DNA of 64,000 nucleotides from Candidatus Sulfotelmatobacter sp. GTDB taxonomy: Bacteria > Acidobacteriota > Terriglobia > Terriglobales > Acidobacteriaceae. Below, one piece after another: positions 1 through 7,183 of the stretch. The DNA lies in assembly GCA_035511455.1 (NCBI GenBank), contig DATKFH010000129.1:28512-92511 (forward strand). The letters are read 5' to 3'. Every line of letters begins with the position of its first letter. Positions within the stretch are counted from its first letter, which is position 1. The notes below the pieces were generated by a model. It worked only from the letters and a program-made list of their open reading frames with translations. It had not been told where the DNA came from and ran no database searches. Both the position numbers and the translations under genes were made by a program.

Positions 1-299
1 GCCCCGAGGTGTTGCGGATTGAAGGGCAACATACCCTGAATCCGTTGGATCAAATAGAGCAACAGCATCGACACCCCGCTGAACAGCAGCATCGACGTTG
101 CGTACTCAACCCATCCCATCTCGCGCTTTTCATCGACGCCCGTAGCACGATAGAGCAGCCGCTCAATCGGCCGAAGCACCGGATCAAGAAACGTATGCTC
201 ACCCGCAAACACCCGCGTCATGAACACCCCGAGCGGCTTGGTGATCAGGAGGATCAAACCCAGAAACACAAAGATCTGCAGCCAGCCGTTCACCGTCAT
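1..299 (-). CDS. kdpA: K+-transporting ATPase subunit A (KdpA), N-terminal ~99 codons; the gene continues past the window start
   Basis: My translation of the - strand from ATG (299-297) gives MTVNGWLQIFVFLGLILLITKPLGVFMTRVFAGEHTFLDPVLRPIERLLYRATGVDEKREMGW...LPFNPQHLG, collinear with KdpA N-termini. It starts 1 nt after the kdpF stop. It is missing from the ORF track because it is open at the window edge. Confidence 0.85.
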   Translation of the reverse strand, partial: MTVNGWLQIFVFLGLILLITKPLGVFMTRVFAGEHTFLDPVLRPIERLLYRATGVDEKREMGWVEYATSMLLFSGVSMLLLYLIQRIQGMLPFNPQHLG

Positions 300-300
300 T

Positions 301-390
301 TCAGAATTTCTCCGGACGAAGCAGCGCGTAGAACAAATACACGGTGGTTGCTGCGCTGATGATGAGCATGATGAGAGATTGAGTATCCAT
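301..390 (-). CDS. kdpF: K+-transporting ATPase subunit F (KdpF), 29 aa
   Basis: My translation gives MDTQSLIMLIISAATTVYLFYALLRPEKF: one TM helix plus the KdpF C-terminal signature (ALLxPEKF). A GGAGAAC Shine-Dalgarno lies directly upstream. The ORF is too short for the ORF track. Confidence 0.8.
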   Translation of the reverse strand: MDTQSLIMLIISAATTVYLFYALLRPEKF

Positions 391-399
391 GAGTTCTCC

Positions 400-486
400 T
401 TACTTCATTCGGTCGCAGAAGTAAACGTACGCGATCGACAACCCGAAAAATCCTATGGTGACAGCGACCCAAAGAGCATCTTGCAT
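400..486 (-). CDS. 28-aa hydrophobic peptide immediately upstream of kdpF (unnamed)
   Basis: My translation gives MQDALWVAVTIGFFGLSIAYVYFCDRMK: a single TM helix. It is preceded by the same GGAGAAC Shine-Dalgarno string as kdpF. Its stop is 9 nt before the kdpF ATG. Confidence 0.45.
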   Translation of the reverse strand: MQDALWVAVTIGFFGLSIAYVYFCDRMK

Positions 487-920
487 AACGGTTCTCCACA
501 CCCAAATGCGACGGCCCGTACCACCCGCGTGGCTTCTTTATCCCTGCCGCAGTTGCCTAGGCGATCCGCTCGCCGGTCCCTGGCGGAGATGTACGTTTTG
601 GGGCGCCAGGATTCACTAACATCAGTTTCCGTCGTCGGATCGATGGTCTGAACTTCGCCAAGTAAACTTGCATATCGCGAGGTTGCTGACTCGTTGCGTC
701 TCGAACCAAGCCAATGAGTACACGCAGCAGAAATGTCACGGCGCCGATGCACAGTACTATCAGGGCCACTCGCATAACATTTCCGAAACTTGTTTCTGAC
801 AATGATTGGAGCACGCCGGGCATAAAGGCCGGCTCAAGAGTTCGTAAGGAATCCGTAAAGATGAGCCGGAAGCCGGCCGCGAGCCCCACTGCGGACGAAC
901 AATTTGGGTTTAGCGAGCAC

Positions 921-1178
921 TCAGCAGCCCCATTCTGCCTCGCCCGGCTTGGCAAAATAGGGGCGGCTCGTGACACTCTGAGCAGGTGCCGTTGCCAGTT
1001 CCAGCAGCGCCAAACGAGCTGCTGCTACCATTAACTTGCGTTCCTGCTGCGGCGAGTGATCCCACGAAAAAGTTGCCCCTTCTCCGCCGGGAGAATCGAA
1101 GTCGTGCGCCAGAGCGGTAAGATAGTGATGAAACAGCTTCGCCAGTTCTTCCGCAGAAACATCCCGAATCGACCACAT
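921..1178 (-). CDS. hypothetical protein (85 aa) in the kdp leader region
   Basis: ORF track MWSIRDVSAEELAKLFHHYLTALAHDFDSPGGEG.... Non-repetitive, protein-like composition. I recognise no family. A 33-aa ORF (1185..1286, -) stops 6 nt before its ATG. Confidence 0.35.
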   Translation of the reverse strand: MWSIRDVSAEELAKLFHHYLTALAHDFDSPGGEGATFSWDHSPQQERKLMVAAARLALLELATAPAQSVTSRPYFAKPGEAEWGC

Positions 1179-1353
1179 ATACTCTCAGCCTTTCTTGGAT
1201 TTCAGCGATTGATCTCCACCTGCGTTGCCGCCGCCTGCCGCGATGGCGCGGGCTCGGATTAAAAACGCCAACAGGAGCAAGATCATGTTTCCATCCGCGG
1301 CCAGGAATCGGCTTCGAACTCCTGCCGTCTTCAATTGATTTGATAATGACGGG

Positions 1354-1370
1354 CGTAAAAATTGAATAAA
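1354..1370 (-). promoter_or_regulatory. putative KdpE operator: direct repeat TTTATT-N5-TTTACG
   Basis: The - strand reads TTTATTCAATTTTTACG inside the only clearly AT-rich patch between kdpE and kdpF. As I recall it, the E. coli kdpFABC KdpE site is TTTATACTTTTTTTACA, with the same half-sites and 5-bp spacing. Confidence 0.4.
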
Positions 1371-1697
1371 GAGTTCATAGAATCTTCGTAATAAGCAGAC
1401 CAGCGCTCTACCGAGCTCCGGTTTTCTTGCAACCGACTTAGCCTCGAGGAGAGAAAGAACATCGAGCGCGCGCGGAAGACCTGGCTACCTCGCTATCATG
1501 ATGCCGAAGTGATTAAGAATTCGCAGAAACTGCCCACAGGTTCGCCGCCCCAACTGCAGATCGTTGTTTCCTCGAATGAATGTCATGCTAGCGGATATGG
1601 AGCGGGAACCGGTTGCGGGAACTGTGATGGCCGCGGAACGGTTTGGATCGTCGTGCGGGGTTAAGCTCGCGATACCAAATTCCGGGCTGAACGCGCA

Positions 1698-2390
1698 CTA
1701 CTCGCGCGGTTCAAACCGATAGCCCACCCAAGGCTCAGTGACGATATAACGCGGCGAAGACGCGTCCGGCTCCAGTTTCTTACGCAACTGCCCCACGAAT
1801 ACGCGAAGATATTCCACCTGCTCGGTGCTTTGTCCACCCCAGATGGCGCCCAGCAGAGTACGGTGGTTGACGACCTTCCCCGGGCGCCGAGCCAAATACA
1901 CGAGCAGATCGAACTCTTTTGGCGTGAGGCGCACTTCGCGCTTGAGCACGGTCACTTTGTGGGCCTCTGTGTCGATGCGAAAGTCGCCAATCTCAATGAT
2001 GGCATCCGCCTGGCTCTCGGTCGGAATGCGCCGAAGATTCGCTCGTACGCGGGCCAGCAGTTCGTTCATGCCGAACGGCTTGGTGACATAGTCGTCGGCG
2101 CCGGCATCGAGCGCTTCCACTTTTTGCCGCTCTTTGTCGCGAACCGAGAGAACCAGGATCGGAACCTGCGAAAATGCTCGAACCCTCCTACAAAGCTCGA
2201 CCCCGTCCATCGCCGGCATCGACAGGTCTGTGATGATCATGTTCGGAGACCAATCCTTCATGATCTCCAGCGCCATTTCGCCGCTGTTGGCGACGCGAAT
2301 GTCATATCCCTGCGCGGAAAGACTGGTGCGCAACACGCGGGTGATTTGCGGTTCGTCGTCGACGACGAGAATGTGAGGCGGGTCCGCCAT
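1698..2390 (-). CDS. kdpE: OmpR-family response regulator KdpE
   Basis: Receiver domain (ILVVDDEPQ..., MIITDLSMPAMDG, KPF) plus a winged-helix output domain (LTPKEFDLLVYL...GYRF). ATG at 2390 (MADPPHILVV) overlaps the upstream stop as TGATG. The ORF track's longer 2483 start is unlikely. Confidence 0.9.
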   Translation of the reverse strand: MADPPHILVVDDEPQITRVLRTSLSAQGYDIRVANSGEMALEIMKDWSPNMIITDLSMPAMDGVELCRRVRAFSQVPILVLSVRDKERQKVEALDAGADDYVTKPFGMNELLARVRANLRRIPTESQADAIIEIGDFRIDTEAHKVTVLKREVRLTPKEFDLLVYLARRPGKVVNHRTLLGAIWGGQSTEQVEYLRVFVGQLRKKLEPDASSPRYIVTEPWVGYRFEPRE

Positions 2391-3511
2391 CAGCGCGCCT
2401 CCTGGGTCACGATGTGAACGTCCACGGACGGCGACTCGCGCAAAAAGCGCTGAATCGCCGACAAGTACAGATAGCGCTGCCAACCGGTGCGCGCGGACCG
2501 GCCAAAGATTACCTGCGTGATGTGATGCTCCCGTACAAATTGGGCCACGCCATCGGCGACGCTTCTGGCGGATGTACGCATTACCTTGGCGCCAAGATTG
2601 TCGGCGAAGCGAATGTTCTCCGCCAGAGTTTTCTGATCCTCTGGCCGTGTATCGCGCCCCACGTCCACATAAAAAACGTAAAGTTCGCCTCCCATCGCCT
2701 GGGCCATCCGCGAGCCCCGGGCGATCAGATACTGCGCCGCGGGATTCGAGCTGACGCAGACCCCAATGCGCTCGCGTACGGTGTGCGCTTGCTGCGTCGC
2801 ATCCTTATCCAGATAGGCGTCCAGGCTGCGATCCACCACGCCCGTGACCTGGCGCAGCGCCAGTTCGCGCAGGGCAATCAGGTTGCCGGGCCGGAAGAAA
2901 TGCGAGAGCGCCCGCTGGGCGCGGTCGACAGGATAAATGTCGCCCCGCTGCATTCGCTTCTGCAGCGCCTGCGGCGTCAGGTCGGCAAGCACGATCTCGT
3001 CCACGCGCTGCATCACCCAATCCGGCACAGTCTCGCGGACCTGCACGCCGGTGATCTGCTGCACCGTCGGGCCAAGGCTCTCGACGTGTTGCACATTCAT
3101 GGTGGAGAGCACATCAATTTTGGCGTCGAGCAGTTCCATGACGTCTTCATAACGCTTGGCGTGCTTACTGCCTTCAATGTTCGTGTGCGCCAGTTCATCA
3201 ATGAGCGCGACCGCCGGTTTGCGCGCCAGGATGGCGTCCACGTCCATCTCGTCAAACACTGTGCCCTTGTACTCGATTTTTCGAGGAGGAATGCGGTCGA
3301 GCTTGGCGGCCAGTTCCGCCGTGGCCTTGCGCCCATGACTCTCCACCACGCCGACGGCAACGTCTTCGCCGCGACTGGCGCGCCGGATGGCCTCACTCAG
3401 CATGCTGTAAGTCTTGCCCACGCCCGGAGCGTAGCCCAGAAAGAGTTTGAAAATGCCACGGTCTTTCTCCGGGGAAACTTCCTGCAGCCACTCCTCGGGG
3501 GTCTTGGCCAT
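2390..3511 (-). CDS. kdpD: KdpD N-terminal sensor module only (KdpD domain + Usp domain), with no membrane or kinase part
   Basis: MAKTPEEWLQ...KLFLGYAPGVGKTYSMLSEA...VGVVESHGRK...STMNVQHVESL matches the KdpD N-terminus. The C-terminal Usp-like block is RIGVCVSS...ITQVIFGRS. The protein ends before any TM segment. Start chosen at M29 of the track ORF. Confidence 0.85.
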   Translation of the reverse strand: MAKTPEEWLQEVSPEKDRGIFKLFLGYAPGVGKTYSMLSEAIRRASRGEDVAVGVVESHGRKATAELAAKLDRIPPRKIEYKGTVFDEMDVDAILARKPAVALIDELAHTNIEGSKHAKRYEDVMELLDAKIDVLSTMNVQHVESLGPTVQQITGVQVRETVPDWVMQRVDEIVLADLTPQALQKRMQRGDIYPVDRAQRALSHFFRPGNLIALRELALRQVTGVVDRSLDAYLDKDATQQAHTVRERIGVCVSSNPAAQYLIARGSRMAQAMGGELYVFYVDVGRDTRPEDQKTLAENIRFADNLGAKVMRTSARSVADGVAQFVREHHITQVIFGRSARTGWQRYLYLSAIQRFLRESPSVDVHIVTQEAR

Positions 3512-3594
3512 CGCAGCTATTGTCTTTCGCAGCCTGGGATTTGTCACCCCCATCGTACAATGCGGATGTGAAAGCCGGAGTTCAGACGCAGGCA

Positions 3595-5013
3595 ATGCGC
3601 TATGTGGTCGTAATCGCAGCCATCGCAGCCATCACAGCCATCGACTTCCGGCTGCACGTCAATCACACGACCGTTGCGCTGATGTTTCTTGTCGCCGTAC
3701 TGCTGGTCTCCGCATATTGGGGGCTGCGCTACGCGCTGGTGCTGGCCGTGGGAGCCACGGCTGCCTTCAATTTCTTTTTTCTGCCTCCGGTGGGAACCTT
3801 CACCATCGCCGATCCGCAGAACTGGGTCGCTCTGTTCGCCTTCCTCGTCACCGCGCTGGTGGCCAGCAACCTGGCCGAAACCGCCCGCAGTGAGGCGGAG
3901 GGCGCCAAACAACGCCGCCGTGAGGTTGAGCGTCTCTACGGTCTCAGTCAGCGCCTGCTGGCTTCCGAAAATGTTCTGGAACTTCTCAACGCCTTGCCGG
4001 CCTATGTGCAGGAGTCATTCTCGGTGGGGAGTGTCGCCGTCATGGCTGCGGATCACCCGTCCGTCTATCGCTCCTCGCTCGATGCCAAATTCGACGACAC
4101 CGTCCTGCGCTCGACTCTGCTGCGGGGCGAGCCGATTACGCAGGCGGGAATCTCCTATGCGCCCTTGCGGCTCGGCATGCGCACGGTCGGCGCTCTCGCC
4201 GTAACCGGAGATGAGCTCTCGCGCGAAACTCTCGATGCCCTCGGAAGCCTGGCGGGCCTTGCCATTGAGCGCGCCCGCGCACTCGAAGCGCTCAGCAAGC
4301 ATCGCGCCGAGCAGGAGCATGAACGCCTACGATCGGCCTTGCTCGATTCCGTCACCCACGAATTCCGCACTCCTCTCACTTCGATCAAGGCCAGCGTGAC
4401 CACGTTGCTTTCAGGCGCGGCGCTCGACGAACAGGGAAGAAGGGACTTGCTGACCGTAATTGACGAAGAGACCGACCGCTTGAACCGGCTGGTCGGCGAA
4501 GCCGCGGAAATGGCGCAGCTCGATGCCGGCCAGTTCAAACTCGATCTCCAGCCACATTCCATCCAGGACGCTCTCCAACCTGCGCTATTGGACGCCAAAG
4601 CGTCGCTCGAGAGTCATCCGGTCGAAGTTGTGGTTCCTGGCGGCTTGCCAAAAGTCCCAATGGACCTCGAGCGCGTTCGCGAAGTGCTCATGCATTTGCT
4701 GGAAAATGCCGGCAAGTATTCCGACGCGGGGCAGCCGATCAAAGTCACCAGCGAAGTGAAGGAAGAACGCCTGGTGACCAGCATTTCCGATCGTGGCCCC
4801 GGTATCGATTCGTTCGAACAGTCGTTGATCTTCGAGAAATTCTATCGCGGCCAGCACCAGCGCTACGCCGCCCCCGGGACCGGCATGGGCCTGTCCATCG
4901 CCAAGGTCATTGTCGAAGCTCACGGTGGGACGATCGGTGTGGTCAGCCAGTTGGGAAGCGGCTCAGTGTTCTCGTTCACCCTGCCGCTCGACAGAACTCT
5001 CGCTCGGTCCTAG
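3595..5013 (+). CDS. Histidine kinase carrying the KdpD membrane module (DUF4118-like TM bundle + GAF-like linker + HisKA + HATPase_c)
   Basis: TM bundle MRYVVVIAAIAAITAIDF...FFFLPPVGTFTIADPQNW; H-box SVTHEFRTPLTSI; N/G boxes LLENAGKYS, DRGPGI, GTGMGLSIA. The ORF opens at 3520. ATG 3595 is my preferred start, but this is uncertain. Confidence 0.85.
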   Translation: MRYVVVIAAIAAITAIDFRLHVNHTTVALMFLVAVLLVSAYWGLRYALVLAVGATAAFNFFFLPPVGTFTIADPQNWVALFAFLVTALVASNLAETARSEAEGAKQRRREVERLYGLSQRLLASENVLELLNALPAYVQESFSVGSVAVMAADHPSVYRSSLDAKFDDTVLRSTLLRGEPITQAGISYAPLRLGMRTVGALAVTGDELSRETLDALGSLAGLAIERARALEALSKHRAEQEHERLRSALLDSVTHEFRTPLTSIKASVTTLLSGAALDEQGRRDLLTVIDEETDRLNRLVGEAAEMAQLDAGQFKLDLQPHSIQDALQPALLDAKASLESHPVEVVVPGGLPKVPMDLERVREVLMHLLENAGKYSDAGQPIKVTSEVKEERLVTSISDRGPGIDSFEQSLIFEKFYRGQHQRYAAPGTGMGLSIAKVIVEAHGGTIGVVSQLGSGSVFSFTLPLDRTLARS

Positions 5014-5053
5014 CCCCGCGCGGGAAACAATAGTCAGGGCTTCCGCCGGTCGA

Positions 5054-5077
5054 GTGGAGCGGGCACTCATGCCCGCT
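5054..5077. repeat. family-2 palindromic element, copy 1 (GTGGAGCGGGCACTCATGCCCGCT)
   Basis: An 8-bp stem AGCGGGCA/TGCCCGCT. It matches 22/24 nt with 20804..20827 and 21/24 nt with 9744..9767. It lies 40 nt after the kinase stop. Confidence 0.6.
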
Positions 5078-5265
5078 TGCCTGCCACATCGATGAGGCTA
5101 GCGGGCAAGAGGGCCTGCTCCCCACGTTTTCCGTATCAGGGAATCGCTTAACGATGCCGCAAGTGCTGCCCCCAAGGAGATGACCTTTCAGCAAACTGCT
5201 AGGCTACAATCATTTGCACTCAAGAATCACAAGCAGTCTGTTTCCCATCTGGGTGAAGCGAATCT

Positions 5266-7056
5266 ATGGCTAAGACCGCAACCGGTGCGAGCGCGCTTGA
5301 TAGCAAAAAGATTTCCTATAACCGCTTCCTTCTGGTGGTGGCCGGACTCGGTGGCCTCCTCTACGGCGTGGATGTCGGCATCATCGCGGGCGCATTGCCG
5401 TATCTGGAAGCGACTTCGGGCTTGAACGCCGGCCAACTCTCCATCGTAGTCGCTGCTGTGCTGCTCGGAAGCGTGATCTCGACGCTGTTCGCCGGCGTGC
5501 TGGCCGACTGGATCGGCCGCAAGTCGCTGATGGCCCTCAGCGGGGTTCTGTTCGTTATCAGCATCCCGACGATCGCTCTGGCGCACGGTTACAGCCCATT
5601 AGTGTCGGGCCGCCTCCTGCAGGGCGTCAGCGCGGGCTTAATCGGCGTGGTCGTTCCGCTCTATCTCGCGGAGTGTCTCACCGCCTCAAACCGCGGCAAG
5701 GGCACCGGCATCTTCCAGTGGCTCCTGACGGCAGGAATCGTAATCGCAGCACTGGTGGGCGTGTATTTCAGCTTCCGTGTGGACCAGGTGGCGAAGCTCG
5801 GGGACGCCGCCAAGCTGCTCGCCTTCAAAGACACGGCCTGGCGCGGCATTTTTTGGGTCTCATTGCCTCCGGGCATTCTGTTTGTCATCGGGAGCCTAAT
5901 GATTTCCGAATCGCCCCGCTGGCTCCTGCGACGCAGCAACAGAGACGCAGCTTACGCCGCCCTGCTGCGCTCGCGCACCACCGCCCAGGCCGATCTGGAG
6001 CTTAAGGAAATGGAGGACGCCAACGCGTCCGAAAAAGGCAAATCGTCAACCGCCGGGGGTGTCAGGGAATCACTGCTGCGCCGCAAGTATGTAATTCCGT
6101 TTGTGCTGGCCTGCATCATCCTCGCCTGCAATCAGGCGACGGGAATTAACTCCATCATCGCCTATAACACCAACATTCTCCTGCAGAGCGGACTCTCCGA
6201 CGTCGCCGCTCATTGGGGATACGTCGTCTTCACCATAATCAACTTTGCCGTCACCTTCGGCGGCGTAGTTTTGGTCGACCGCAAAGGCCGTAAGTTTTTG
6301 CTCTCTCTTGGAACCGCGGGAATTATCGCCTCGCTCGTCTGCACTGGCGTCTTGTTTCACGGCGCCGAAAGTTCGCGCGTGGACACCAAGACCGCGGTTC
6401 AATCGATGGTCAGGTCCGACCAGACACTCGCACTGTTCTACGACCAGATGCTGGCCAACCAACTTTTGAACCAGCCCCAAGCAAATCGGCCGACGTCACT
6501 GGTAGTCATTTATTCCTATGGAGACTTCCGGGCGGCAAGCCAGGTCGTTCGTTCTGACGATCGGGGTGCCAAACCGATCGAGATCACGCGGGAGAGCTGC
6601 GTCCCGGCCAACAAAGTAGTTGCCTTTTTCTCCAACCCATTCGGCAATCTCGACGCCTCCCGCAAAGCGCCGCTACGAATCGAGAACGCACTCATCAGCC
6701 CGGTGCCAAGTCGTGGCAACGGCTGGCTGGTGGCGGTCACGCTGTTCGTATTCATGGCGTTCTACGCCGTAGGCCCCGGGGTGTGCGTGTGGCTCGCGCT
6801 CTCCGAACTGATGCCTACCCGCATTCGTTCCAACGGAATGAGCATCGCCCTGGTGCTGAATCAGGCGGTCTCCACCACCATCGCGGCCATCTTCTTGCCC
6901 ACCGTCGGCAAGTACGGATATTCCACCATGTTTTTCGGCTTCGCCGGCTGCACCGTGATCTACTTCGTCACCGCTACTTGGTTCCTGCCGGAAACGAAAG
7001 GAAAGACGCTCGAAGAGATCGAGGCGCACTTTGAAGGCTCAGGCGCGGCATCGTAA
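5266..7056 (+). CDS. MFS sugar-porter family transporter with a ~120-aa insertion in the TM9-TM10 loop
   Basis: Sugar-porter motifs: LADWIGRKSLM, SESPRWLLRR, VDRKGRKFLL, C-terminal LPETKGKTLEEIE. At 596 aa it is ~120 aa longer than typical family members. Confidence 0.9.
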   Translation: MAKTATGASALDSKKISYNRFLLVVAGLGGLLYGVDVGIIAGALPYLEATSGLNAGQLSIVVAAVLLGSVISTLFAGVLADWIGRKSLMALSGVLFVISIPTIALAHGYSPLVSGRLLQGVSAGLIGVVVPLYLAECLTASNRGKGTGIFQWLLTAGIVIAALVGVYFSFRVDQVAKLGDAAKLLAFKDTAWRGIFWVSLPPGILFVIGSLMISESPRWLLRRSNRDAAYAALLRSRTTAQADLELKEMEDANASEKGKSSTAGGVRESLLRRKYVIPFVLACIILACNQATGINSIIAYNTNILLQSGLSDVAAHWGYVVFTIINFAVTFGGVVLVDRKGRKFLLSLGTAGIIASLVCTGVLFHGAESSRVDTKTAVQSMVRSDQTLALFYDQMLANQLLNQPQANRPTSLVVIYSYGDFRAASQVVRSDDRGAKPIEITRESCVPANKVVAFFSNPFGNLDASRKAPLRIENALISPVPSRGNGWLVAVTLFVFMAFYAVGPGVCVWLALSELMPTRIRSNGMSIALVLNQAVSTTIAAIFLPTVGKYGYSTMFFGFAGCTVIYFVTATWFLPETKGKTLEEIEAHFEGSGAAS

Positions 7057-7073
7057 CCTGTCGTTTGTGTGGT

Positions 7074-7147
7074 GACAGCCGCCAAGCCTGCCCTGAGCGA
7101 AGTCGAAGGGCTGTCCGCGGAGCCAAGCTCCGCCGGGGTTTGCCCGG
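7074..7147. repeat. cluster of three GC-rich stem-loops (REP-like)
   Basis: GACAGCC...GGCTGTC; GCGGAGC-caa-GCTCCGC; CCGGG-gtttg-CCCGG. The core GAGCCAAGCTC is shared with 14080..14096. Confidence 0.5.
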
Positions 7148-7183
7148 CACACCAGGAATGATTTACTCTCAGCCCCAGTCCCT

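Noticed and set aside
9-651. + strand ORFs 9..359 and 220..651
   Set aside because: They are antisense to clearly recognisable kdpA, kdpF and the 28-aa peptide. Their products are Arg/His-rich and of low plausibility.
487-920. Possible c-di-AMP (ydaO-type) riboswitch in the kdp leader, - strand
   Set aside because: I see fragments reminiscent of the motif: GUGAAUCC followed by a 7-bp hairpin and GGGACC, plus CAGGGAUA, GGUACGG and GUCAGCAACCUCG. They are in the wrong order, and the ACCCGA / AGCUAAC core is absent. Infernal with RF00379 would be needed; I do not claim it.
1395-1664. + strand open frame ending ...ECHASGYGAGTGCGNCDGRGTVWIVVRG (DnaJ-like CxxCxGxG zinc-ribbon look)
   Set aside because: It has no ATG in frame; only a GTG at 1509 would give ~51 aa. 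It has no RBS and opposes the surrounding transcription. One CxxCxGxG match is weak evidence.
2414-3571. 385-aa + strand ORF, and similar long antisense ORFs (1830..2417, 16185..16883, 16905..17909, 19288..20130, 10770..11669, 13463..14224, 14254..14916)
   Set aside because: Each lies opposite a gene with unambiguous family motifs. Their products are Arg/His/Gly-rich, as expected for shadow ORFs in GC-rich DNA.
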